A stretch of 64,000 bases of DNA from an uncultured Gemmatimonadales bacterium (lineage in GTDB: Bacteria > Gemmatimonadota > Gemmatimonadetes > Gemmatimonadales > GWC2-71-9). Location of the stretch: assembly GCA_963730185.1 (NCBI GenBank), contig CAVSQW010000014.1, positions 32,001 through 96,000 of the forward strand, given 5' to 3'. Below are positions 28,793 through 38,505 of this stretch, one piece after another (the first letter of the stretch is position 1; every line of letters begins with the position of its first letter). A program made the translations under genes and the position numbers. The notes beneath the pieces were generated by a model. That model made no database searches, was not told the origin of the DNA, and saw nothing but the letters and a program-made list of their open reading frames with translations.

Positions 28793-29997
28793 ATGGCCGT
28801 CTACGAGTACACCGCGAAGAACGCCACCAACGGGCAGATCCTGAAGGGCACGCTCGACGTGCCCACCCGGGACGAGGTGATGGCGTATCTGAAGCGGAAC
28901 CGGATGATCCTGGTAGCGTCCGGGAGCAGCCGAAGCAGTTCTCCTTCAAGCTTCCCGGCAAGGGAATCAAGACCCGCGACCTGGTGATCTTCACCCGACA
29001 GTTCGCGACGATGATCAACGCCGGCCTGCCGCTGGTCCAGTCGCTCAACATCCTGGCCCAGCAGACCGAGAACGCGAGCCTCAAAGAGGTCGTGAAGCAG
29101 GTGGTGTACGACGTCGAGGCCGGTAACACCCTGGCCGACGCGTTCCGGAAGCACCCCGAGGCGTTCCCCGACCTCTACGTGAACATGGTGGCCGCCGGCG
29201 AAGCGGGCGGTATCCTGGACACGATTCTCCTCCGTCTCGCCACCTTCCTCGAGAAGAGCGACGCCCTGATCCGGAAGGTCAAAGGCGCGATGGTCTACCC
29301 GGCCGTGATCATCTCGGTCGCGGTGATCGCCATCGCCGTACTCCTCATCTTCGTGATTCCGACCTTCGAGAGCATGTTCGCCTCGGTGAACATGGATCTC
29401 CCGCTCCCCACCAAGGTGGTGATCGGGGCCTCGAAGCTCCTGATCGAATGGTGGTGGGCGATCCTGCTCGCGATCGGCGCCGGCGCCTTCGGCTTCCGTC
29501 AGTACTATGCCACGAACGACGGCCGGAAACAGATCGACGGCGCCCTGCTCAAGTCACCGGTCCTCGGCGACTTGCTCCGGAAGTCCGCCGTGTCCCGGTT
29601 CACCCGGACGCTCGGCACCCTGATCTCGTCCGGCGTCTCGATCCTCGACGGCCTCGAGATCACGGCCAAGACGGCCGGCAACCGGGTCATCCACGACGCC
29701 GTGATGCAGTCCCGGGCCTCGATCGCCGGCGGTGAAACGATCGCCGGGCCGCTCCAGACCTCGGGCGTGTTCCCGCCCATGGTGATCTCGATGATCGCCG
29801 TCGGCGAGCAGACGGGCGGCCTCGACGAGATGCTGTCGAAGATCGCCGACTTCTATGACGCCGAGGTCGACGTGGCGGTCAGCGCCCTGCTCTCCCTCAT
29901 GGAGCCGATCATGATCGTGGTGCTCGGCGTCATCGTGGGCGGCATGGTGGTCGCGATGTACCTGCCGATCTTCGACATGGTGAACGCGGTCCAGTAG
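28793..29997 (+). CDS. pilC: Type IV pilus inner membrane platform protein PilC (frameshift near 28915)
   Basis: FTRQFATMI.AGLP, AGE.GG.LD, YP, F.RTL.TL..SGV, GE.TG.LD.ML, AMYLPIF. Confidence 0.92.
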
Positions 29998-30025
29998 GAC
30001 GGACCGACCGCTGGACGGGGGACGG

Positions 30026-30058
30026 ACGGGGGGCGCTTCGGCGTCCCCCGTTTCGTCT
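30026..30058 (+). terminator. Intrinsic terminator after pilC
   Basis: ACGGGGGGCGC-TTCG-GCGTCCCCCGT stem with a cUUCGg loop, followed by a T-containing tail. Confidence 0.7.
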
Positions 30059-30079
30059 TCCGGGGCGGCCGGCCGGTTG

Positions 30080-30128
30080 TGTTGACTTTCGACACAAGCC
30101 GGCGGTATAGTATTGTCGGAAGCCGACA
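30080..30128 (+). promoter_or_regulatory. Sigma70 promoter overlapped by two palindromic operator boxes (putative PadR sites)
   Basis: -35 TTGACT (30082-87), 18 bp spacer, -10 TATAGT (30106-11); boxes TGTTGA-ctt-TCGACA and TGTCGG-aag-CCGACA. Confidence 0.7.
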
Positions 30129-30144
30129 CCGTACGGGAGCCGCC

Positions 30145-30480
30145 ATGCCTCAACCGTCCGCCAGCGACGTCCTCCGGGGGACGCTCGATCTCCTGATCCT
30201 CAAGACGCTCGTGGCCCAACCGCTTCACGGGTGGGGCATCAGCCAGCGGATCCAGCAGATCTCCGAGGAGTTCCTCCAGGTCGGGCAGGGGTCGCTCTAT
30301 CCGGCGCTCCAACGGCTCGAGCAGCGGGGGCTGATCGACAGCGAGTGGCTCCGGACCGAGGAGAACCGCCGGGCCCGCTACTACCGCCTCACCGCGGCCG
30401 GTCGGCAGGCCCTTGTCCAGGCGACAGAGGGCTGGCGGCGCTACGTCCGCGCGGTCGAGCTCATTCTGGGCGCCGGCTGA
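30145..30480 (+). CDS. PadR family transcriptional regulator (Acidobacterial type)
   Basis: GTLDLLILKTL...P.HG.GI, GSLYPALQRLE..GLI..EW...ENRRARYY.LT. Confidence 0.93.
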   Translation: MPQPSASDVLRGTLDLLILKTLVAQPLHGWGISQRIQQISEEFLQVGQGSLYPALQRLEQRGLIDSEWLRTEENRRARYYRLTAAGRQALVQATEGWRRYVRAVELILGAG

Positions 30481-30493
30481 GGACGGGGGCGTC

Positions 30494-33111
30494 ATGGACC
30501 GATTGCGGGGTTGGTGGAGGCGGATCGAAGCGTTCCTCTGGCGGGGACGGGCCGAGGCCGCGATGGAAGACGAGGTCGCCTTTCACCTGGCGATGGAGGA
30601 GGAGCAGCTCGAGGCCCGCGGCCTGAGCCCGGCCGAGGCGCGGCGCGCGGCTCGGCTGGCTTTCGGCGGGGTGGACCGGTTCAAGGAAGGAGTGCGCGAC
30701 GCTCGCGGCTTCCGGTGGATTGACGATCTCGGTCGTGACGTTCGGGATGCCTTCCGAACCCTCCGGCACGCGCCCGGCTTCGCCTTGGCCGCGGTCCTGA
30801 CCCTGGGCCTCGGGATCGGGAGTGCGGTCACGGTCTTCGGCGTCGTCGACGCCGTCCTGGTCCGGCCGCTCGCCTTTCCGGACCCCCAGCGGCTGGTCCA
30901 CGTCTGGGAGACCACTCCGGACGGCGCCGACTTCACGACCTCCGAGCCCAACTTCGTCGACTTCGCCGGCCGGAACCGGAGCTTCGAGGACCTGGCGGCC
31001 TACCGGGTCGATCACCGGAGCCTGACCGGGAAGGGGGAGCCAGAACGGTTGACCGTGCTCGCGGCCAGCCATTCGATCTTCCCGACGCTCCGGGTGGCGC
31101 CGGTCCTGGGCCGGGCGTTTTCGGCCGACGAGGACCGTCCCGGGGGTGACGACGTCGCCCTGCTCGGCCACGCGTTCTGGGTCCGGGCGTTCGGCGGCGA
31201 CTCCGGCGTGCTGGGGACGACGCTCGCGCTCGATGGCGTGCCGTTCACGGTGATCGGCGTGGCGCCGGACCACTTTCCCTTGGTCGACGCCGACCTCTGG
31301 GTGCCGCTGGCACCCCACCCGGCCGGCGACCGGGGCGATCACTGGCTGGACCTGGTCGGCCGGCTCCGCCCGGGCGTCACCCTCGGGCAGGCCACGGCCG
31401 ACCTGGACCGGGTTTCCGCCGAGATCGCCCGGATCGACCCCGCCGTCGCCGGTTGGCGCACCCGGATGGTGGGCCTCACCGAGTGGGCGGTGGGGCCCAA
31501 ATTCCGGCGGGTCGGCGGGCTCCTCTTCGGCGCGGTGGGCTTTCTCCTCCTCATGACCTGCGTCACGGTGGCCACCTTGATGCTGGCGCGGGGCCTGGCC
31601 CGGCGCACCGACCTTGGGGTCCGGGTCGCGCTCGGTGCCGGGCGGCGACGGGTGGTTCGCCAGCTGCTGGTCGAGAGCCTGGTGCTCGCGGCGCTCGGCA
31701 CGGGCCTCGGGCTCCTGGCGACGGGGGCGGCGCTGGCAGCGGTTCGGGCGCTGGGCGTGGGTCTCGTGCCTCGCCTGGCCGAGGTGAGGCTCGACGCACG
31801 GGTGCTCGGGTTCGCACTCGGACTGACCCTGGTGACCAGCCTGCTTTTCGGCCTCCTCCCGGCGGTCCAGTCGTCGCGGGTGGACCTTCGCGAGACCCTG
31901 GGCGGTGCCCGGGCGGGTCCCCCTCGGAGCCATCGCCGCATTCACGAGACCCTCGTCGCGCTCCAGGTGGCGCTGGCGATGGTGTTGCTGGCCGGCGCGG
32001 GACTCATGATCCGGAGCCTGGTCCGGCTGGGACGGGTCGATCCGGGATTCGGCACGGATCATGTCTGGACGGTGCCGCTTTCGCTCCCGCCGGCCCGCTA
32101 TCCGAGCGAGCGACAGACGGCCCAGGGGTACGATCGCCTGATCGGACGGGTGCGGTCGATCCCAGGCGTGGTGGCCGTCGGGGGCACCAGCGTGCCGCCC
32201 TTCGGCGACCTCAATCTGGTGAACGACGTCACCCCGGAGGAGCGGGCCACCGAGGTCCGTGAGTCGGGCTACCTCCGCGCGGGCTGGCGGATCGTGACGA
32301 CGGGATACTTCGAGGCGGCCGGGATCCCCCTGCTTCGGGGGCGCCGGTTCACCGACGCGGATCACGAAGGGCAGCCCGAGGTCGCGGTCATAACCCGGAC
32401 GCTGGCCGAGCGGCTCTGGCCGGGCCGGGACCCGATCGGCCGCCGTCTCTACTGGGGGGCACCACCGGGGCGCTTCGGACCGTGGTCGGCGTCGTCGGCG
32501 ACATTCGCGACCTCGATCTGGAGGCCGACCCACCGCCGGTTCTCTTCCTCTCGGCCGACCAGGTGGTCTGGTCCGATCTGACCCTGCTGGTGCGGGCGGC
32601 TGGCTCCACCGATCTCGCCCAGCCGATCCGGGAGGCCGTCTGGGCGGTCGATCCCAGCCTGCCGGTTCCCGATGTTCGGCGCGTGGCCGACCGGCGATCG
32701 GCGGCCCTGGCCGAGCCGCGGTTCGGGACCGCCCTCGTCGCCGGGTTCGCGGCGCTTTCCCTGGTCCTGGCCACCGTGGGGCTCTATGGGGTGCTCGCCT
32801 TCGCCGTGGTGCGGCGGAGCCGCGAGATCGGAGTCCGGCTCGCCCTCGGCGCTCGACCGGGCGCCGTGATGGCGATGCTGGTTCGGCGGGGCATGGTCGT
32901 GACCGCGATCGGGATGGCCGTCGGCCTCGCGGCCGCGCTGGCGCTCACCCGTTTCCTGGAGGAAGCGCTCTACCAGACGCCCGGGACGGACCCGTTGACC
33001 TACCTCGTCGTGGTCGCCCTCTTCGGCGCGGTCTCGCTCCTCGCCACCTGGCTCCCGGCTCGGCGGGCGATGGCGGTCAATCCGGTGGAGGCACTCCGGA
33101 GCGGGGACTGA
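30494..33111 (+). CDS. ADOP-family duplicated MacB/FtsX-like ABC permease (frameshift in G-run near 32457)
   Basis: E..FHL....E.....G.S..EARRAA..AFG leader, two MacB-PCD/FtsX halves, REIGVRLALGA, PARRA..V.P.EALR. Confidence 0.9.
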
Positions 33112-33172
33112 CCGCCCTGGGGATCGCGACGGATTGCCTTGGCGGTCGGCCCTCCTCCATCTTATCGGTGCC

Positions 33173-33835
33173 ATGACCGAGCGCCGATTTTCCGAGGACG
33201 AGGCCGCCGAGATTTTCGCCCGGGCGGCCGAGGCCGAGCAGCCCGGCCGGTCGCCGACCGCGCCTCGCGAGGGGATGACCCTGGCCCAGCTTCAGGACAT
33301 CGGGCAGGAGGTGGGCATCGCTCCGGATCTGGTGGCCCGGGCTGCCCGTTCGGTGGCTCTGGCGCCTCGGCCTCCGCGGACGTTTCTGGGCCTCCCGATC
33401 GGCGTGGGCCGGACGGTCGACCTGGGCCGCCGCTTCAGCGACGAGGATTGGGAACGGCTGGTGATCGACCTTCGGGAGACGTTCGATGCCCGAGGCACGG
33501 TCCGAACCGACGGATCGCTCCGCCAATGGACCAACGGTAACCTCCAGGCGTTGCTGGAGCCGACCGCTACCGGACACCGGCTCAGGCTGAAAACCACAAA
33601 CGGGGCTGCCGCCGTCTGGATGCGGACGGGTCTCATGATGTCGGGCTTCTCCGCCTTGCTGGCGGGGGTGGCGTTGATCGGCAGCCAAGCCGCCGGACGC
33701 CTGACCGGAGCCGGATTTCTGGCGGTCGTCGGGGTCGGGATGTTCGTAGCCGGCGCCCTCCGTCTCCCGGGTTGGGCCAAGCGGCGGCAGCAGCAGATGG
33801 ACGCGCTGGCCGACCGGCACGCGATAAATCCTTGA
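33173..33835 (+). CDS. Hypothetical membrane protein
   Basis: RRF.EDE..EIF.RAAE, G.TLA.LQ.I..EVGI, two C-terminal TM helices. Confidence 0.7.
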   Translation: MTERRFSEDEAAEIFARAAEAEQPGRSPTAPREGMTLAQLQDIGQEVGIAPDLVARAARSVALAPRPPRTFLGLPIGVGRTVDLGRRFSDEDWERLVIDLRETFDARGTVRTDGSLRQWTNGNLQALLEPTATGHRLRLKTTNGAAAVWMRTGLMMSGFSALLAGVALIGSQAAGRLTGAGFLAVVGVGMFVAGALRLPGWAKRRQQQMDALADRHAINP

Positions 33836-33877
33836 CCCGCGGTAGGTTGGCGGAGGCGGGTGACCGTCGGCGCCGGG

Positions 33878-34333
33878 TCAGTCACGGCGGTCGCGTTGAT
33901 TCGGGAGCCCCATGATCGTCGCCTGCATGGCCGCGATCGTCCGCTCGCCGCCGGCCGATCGAGCGACCATTTCGGCGGTACACACCGATAACGTCCGGCC
34001 GGCCCGGAGTACCCGGGCGGTGGCGACGAACTCCGTTCCAGCCGCCGGGGCCAGCAGATTGATCTTGTACTCGACCGTGAGGACCGCCATGCCTTCAGGC
34101 ATCATCGAGTAGGCCGCGTACCCGCAGGCGCTGTCGAGGGCCGCGCCCACGACGCCGGCATGGAGGTACCCATGCTGCTGGGTGAGGTCGTCGCGGAAGG
34201 GAAGCCGAATCGAGACCCGGCCCGGCTCGACCGAGAGCAGCGTCGCGCCGATTGTCTCCATGTAACGCTGACGCTCGAATGACGACCGAATCCGACCGGC
34301 GGTGTCAGCGCCCCCAGTGTCGTTACCTGCCAT
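33878..34333 (-). CDS. PaaI family thioesterase
   Basis: QQHG..H.G.V..ALDSACGYAA, LTVEYKINLL.PA. Confidence 0.9.
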   Translation of the reverse strand: MAGNDTGGADTAGRIRSSFERQRYMETIGATLLSVEPGRVSIRLPFRDDLTQQHGYLHAGVVGAALDSACGYAAYSMMPEGMAVLTVEYKINLLAPAAGTEFVATARVLRAGRTLSVCTAEMVARSAGGERTIAAMQATIMGLPNQRDRRD

Positions 34334-35357
34334 GGATCGCTCTGGAGTGCTCGCTGCTGGATCCCGACACCAGCTCGTGGATCGCCGCGACGACGAAGGC
34401 TGGATCTTCCAGGTGAATGTTGTGCCCCGATTGGGGAGCAAACCGGACCCGGCCCCGGCTCGACAGCGCGGCGAGGTCGGCCTGCAGCGCCTTCCGCTCC
34501 CGCTCGAGGCTGTCGGCCGGGATGCTCATTCCATCCGGGTAGCCGCCGGTCGTCCGGCCGAGGACGATCAGCGGCAGCGAGTCGAGGGTGGCGCGATTGG
34601 CGAGGCGCTCCTGGTGCATCCGGGCGAGTTCTTCGGGCGACCAGTCAAGCTCGGCTCGAGTGGCCAGTTGCAGGAGCGGCTGTCCTTCGGCCCAGCGCCA
34701 GCTCTCCTTCGCGCCGGCCGGCAATCGGTCGAGCGGTGGCTCGAGCGGCTCCGCCTCGGCCGGCGGTGCGGCGGCGGCCATCGCCTGGGCCGAGTCGATC
34801 AAAGCGACGTCGAGCCCGATCCGCGGCTCGGGAAACGGTCGGCCGGTTGCCCCGTCGCGAATCCGGTGGACATCGCCACCGTAGACGACCCGCTGGTCCT
34901 CGTGGACCGCGTCGACCAGCACCATCCCGGCCACCTCGCCCCGGTAGCGTCGGGCAAATCCCCGCACCACGAGCCCGCCGTATGACTGGCCGACGAGCAG
35001 AAACGGCCCGGCAACCCCCGCCCGGGACAGTGCGGTGTGGAGTTCGAGAGCCAGCTGGTCGAAGGTCCGCGGCCGGGTGCCGGGCTCGCTCCAGGCATAG
35101 CCGCCCCGATCGTAGCTGCAGACCCGGGTGAATCCGGCCACTTCGCCCTGCACCAGCGCCCAGATCGCGGCGACGTCGCCGGTCCCGGCTTCGAGCAGCA
35201 CGGTTGGGCGGCCCCGCCCGCGGCAGTCGAGGTGGAGCCGCTGGCCGCCGAGGTCGATCAGGGCGCCGGACGGGACCGGCGCGCCGCCTCCCCGCCGACA
35301 GCCGAGGGCCAGCAGCGAAACTGTCATCTGAGAAGCCAACCGGACGATTCGATTCAT
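34323..35357 (-). CDS. Alpha/beta hydrolase (lipoprotein)
   Basis: LHLDC.G.G.PTV, YDR.G..WS, GQSYGG nucleophile elbow, SGHNIH.E.P. Confidence 0.88.
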   Translation of the reverse strand: MNRIVRLASQMTVSLLALGCRRGGGAPVPSGALIDLGGQRLHLDCRGRGRPTVLLEAGTGDVAAIWALVQGEVAGFTRVCSYDRGGYAWSEPGTRPRTFDQLALELHTALSRAGVAGPFLLVGQSYGGLVVRGFARRYRGEVAGMVLVDAVHEDQRVVYGGDVHRIRDGATGRPFPEPRIGLDVALIDSAQAMAAAAPPAEAEPLEPPLDRLPAGAKESWRWAEGQPLLQLATRAELDWSPEELARMHQERLANRATLDSLPLIVLGRTTGGYPDGMSIPADSLERERKALQADLAALSSRGRVRFAPQSGHNIHLEDPAFVVAAIHELVSGSSSEHSRAIHGR

Positions 35358-35606
35358 GCAGGCCCTACGGACCGGCGGGGGCCAGGTTGCGGCGGTGGGC
35401 CCCTGGCCCTGACCCACCTCGTGTCCTAACGTGGCGCCAGGCCGAGTTGCCAATCGTCAGCTGCTCGAGTCGGTGGCACTGCTCTCGACCGCCCTCGATG
35501 GGGGTTTGCGGGAGATCCGGGGCGGGTAGACACAGGAGCCGTGGTCGGGATATTCGCCTGCCGGTCGAGAGTCCGGTCTGCCCGGAGGCGTCCTCACCAG
35601 GATCCG

Positions 35607-38370
35607 ATGAGCCGATTCGGCCGCGTCCTTCGCGCCGCTTCGACCGACGCAGCCGGGGTGGCAACGGCCGGTGACTGGTCGCTGGGGCCGGCCGAGGGAC
35701 GGAACACGGTGGTGGCCACCGTCGCCGGACTCGCCCGCAACACGGTCATGGTGCCGCCGCCGGAGCCGATGGTGGAAGTCGCTACCACCACCGGAACGAG
35801 CACGGCGGTCGCGCCGAAGCGGACGGGCGGCCCGGATCGCCGTTTGACGGCCTCACGGTCGTGGTGCCCGCGTCCGCCGTGACCGGTAGCGCCGACTTCG
35901 CCCTCTCGACCCGGTCGAGCCTCGGCGTGTCGCTGCCCGAACCGACTTCCTCCGCCAGTGCCATCCGCGCGCCCGCTCCGGCCCCGACCGCGGCCCTGGC
36001 AGTCGCCCCGGTTTCGCCCCTGCTCCCGCTGCTGACCCTGCAGGTGACGGGGCCCCAGATGGCGAGCCAGGACGTGGCGATCACCCGTCACCACCCGGCT
36101 GTTCGACTGGCACCTTCACGCCGCCGTCGGCGGGGCGCCCGCGGCGGGCGGCCAGGTCAGCTATACCCTCACCCTGGCGGTGTTTTCGATCGCGCCGGCG
36201 AATGCCCCGTTCAACCAAGTGGCCTCCGTCCCGTACGTCTCGCCCTTCCGGTTCGGGGTGAACACCTTCGAGTTCGCCGACTTCTCGACCGCGATCGCCA
36301 CCCGGAACGACGCCGGAATGGTGATCGCGGCCTACGGCGCCTACTCGATCGTGAGCCAGGGCATCTACGACACCAACAGCCGGGCCCTCGGCGTTCCGGC
36401 GAGCAACTCCCGCAACATCATGCTCACGTCCGGCCTGAGTAAGGACTTCGCGGCGTGGATCGGCCCCCAGGCCGGGGCCCGGATCGCCTCCTACTACGCG
36501 GCCGATCCCGCGGGGTACATGAGCGGGATGGGGAATGCGCTCTACTACTCGCTGGTGGGGCAGCAATACCCGACGCCGCTGCTGCTGACCGACGGCCAGC
36601 ATATCCGGATGGTGCTGGTGACGGAGTGGTCGCCAGGCGGCTCGTATTTCGGAGTCTACGACCCGGCGGTCCTCGGCCCGAATAGGCTCGGGTGGACTAC
36701 GGCCGGGATGACGCCGTACCATGACCCCTACGACCCGACGATCGTCTATACCATTCCCTACACCCATCAGGACATGAGCGCGGCCCTGTGGTACGCCTCC
36801 TATACGGGACTCCAGGAGACTCTTCTGCCGCCGACCCAGCCGGAGCCGTACTCCGCCGTCTGGCCGGTCAGCCACATCCGCTCCTGGGACGTGATCCACT
36901 CCCAGCCGAACCGTTACGTCAGCCCCGATACCATCTTCATGGTGGGCGACACGACCCGGATCTGGTACTCGATGCCGCAGTACCGGTTCGCGCCGCAGAG
37001 CACCCTGCCCATGGGCACGGATGGGCTCCAGGGCGCCGACGTGTACCAGTGGACCGGTACCCGATGGCTGCCTAACGTCAATCTGTGGGGATCCAGCACC
37101 TTCCTCGACGTCGCGACGCAGGGGACCGGCGGCCGCTCGCTGGCGATGAACCTCGGCGTCAGTCTCTGGATGTTCGAGGGAGGCGGCACCTGGAAATCGT
37201 GGCTGGCCTTCCAGCGGATCGACGTGGTCAAGTTCGCCGTTGACGTCGATGCCGCGGTGGTCGGAGCCCAGGCGACGGCGTTCTCGGTGACCCAGCCGGG
37301 CGGGCCGGCCCTGCCGACGGATGCCCGCTACCGGTGGGATTTTGGTGACGGGACCGCGGTGGTCACGGTGGCGGCCCCCGGGACGGTGACCCATACCTTC
37401 CCCGGTGCCGGACCGTACCAGGTGACCCTCGACATTCTCCATGCGTCGGACCCACTCGCGGTCCTGGCCCGGGTGGTCACGACCTATCAGCCGCCAGTCA
37501 CCCGGATCACGCCCCGCGACACCTCCTTCTTCACCGATTCTCTGGCGACCTTCGCCGTCGTCAACGGAGGCACCCATCCGCCGACCGCCGTTTATCACTG
37601 GACGTTCACGGAAGGTGGGGTGACCGATGTCGTCGACCTGGTCGGTGACACCACGGCGGCCTATACCTTTACCCGCCCGGGCACTTACGCCGTCGTGGTC
37701 GAAGTCACCGACGCCTTGGGCGCGCCGCTCGGGCGCGACAGCACCAGTGCCATGGTCGATGATGCTCTCCCGGCCTGGATCTTCACCTCGCTCTACGTCC
37801 AGTTCAACACCCAGTTCACCACGCCGGTTGCCAGATTCGACCAGCAGATCTGCTATCAGTGCTGGAGAACCGACAGCCTCATGTGGGTCCGGATTCAGAG
37901 CGGTGCGAACGAAGCGGGACTGGTCCACCTCCCCGTCGCCACGGCCACCGGTCGGAAGGGGCTTGACTTGCTCGAGGGGACGAAGATCACCCGGGCCCGG
38001 CTCGCGACCAACTGGATCTCGCTCGGCAGGATTGAGCGGAACCCCGCCCGCCGCCGGGATGATCACCAACCACTGGGTGATCGAATCCCACCAGCCGTTC
38101 CGGCTGAGCCAGGCGGACGGGACGCTCAACGAGTTCTACTCGGAGTCCGGCAGCGTGACCGACGGCTCGATCACCGGTACGAGCTGGCAGGTGGCGAACC
38201 CCAACCTCGGCTTCCCGCACAACCTCCGGCAGGCCGACGTCACCTTCACCGGCGACACCGCCACCGGGACGATGACCTACGTCTACCGCCTCGTTCTCAA
38301 CGGACCCGGCAACGTGGAGACCTGGCGCAGCGTGGCGACGATCACCTTCACCGCGCAGCGGGTCCGGTAG
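35607..38370 (+). CDS. Large secreted multidomain protein (Ig-like, ZU5-like, papain-like fold, two PKD domains); frameshifted and possibly internally deleted
   Basis: TDAAGVAT..WSLG...G.NTV.ATV (Ig-like), FDGLTVVVPA.A, YRWDFGDG..H.F...G.Y.VTL (PKD); pieces lie in the frames of ORFs 35541, 35861, 36180 and 37627. Confidence 0.6.
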
Positions 38371-38505
38371 CTTCGTCCCGGACCTCGGCAGGGGGGCGGT
38401 CCCGCCATCCGGCAACTCGCCCCCGGATTCCGGCCGTTCGCCACAAATCCTTGATCCGCAGTAGGTTGGCGGAAACTCCCCCGGCGGGCGGATCGTCGTC
38501 CCTGC

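Noticed and set aside
32450..32465. Programmed frameshift or phase variation in the ADOP permease (also DUF4382 near 48170 and mscS near 46758)
   Set aside because: Single-base indels, two of them in short G-runs, match the window-wide sequencing-error pattern; no slippery heptamer plus structure seen
35420..35530. Short frame VANRQLLESVALLSTALDGGLREIRGG* as a gene remnant
   Set aside because: No start signals or recognisable motif; cannot be supported
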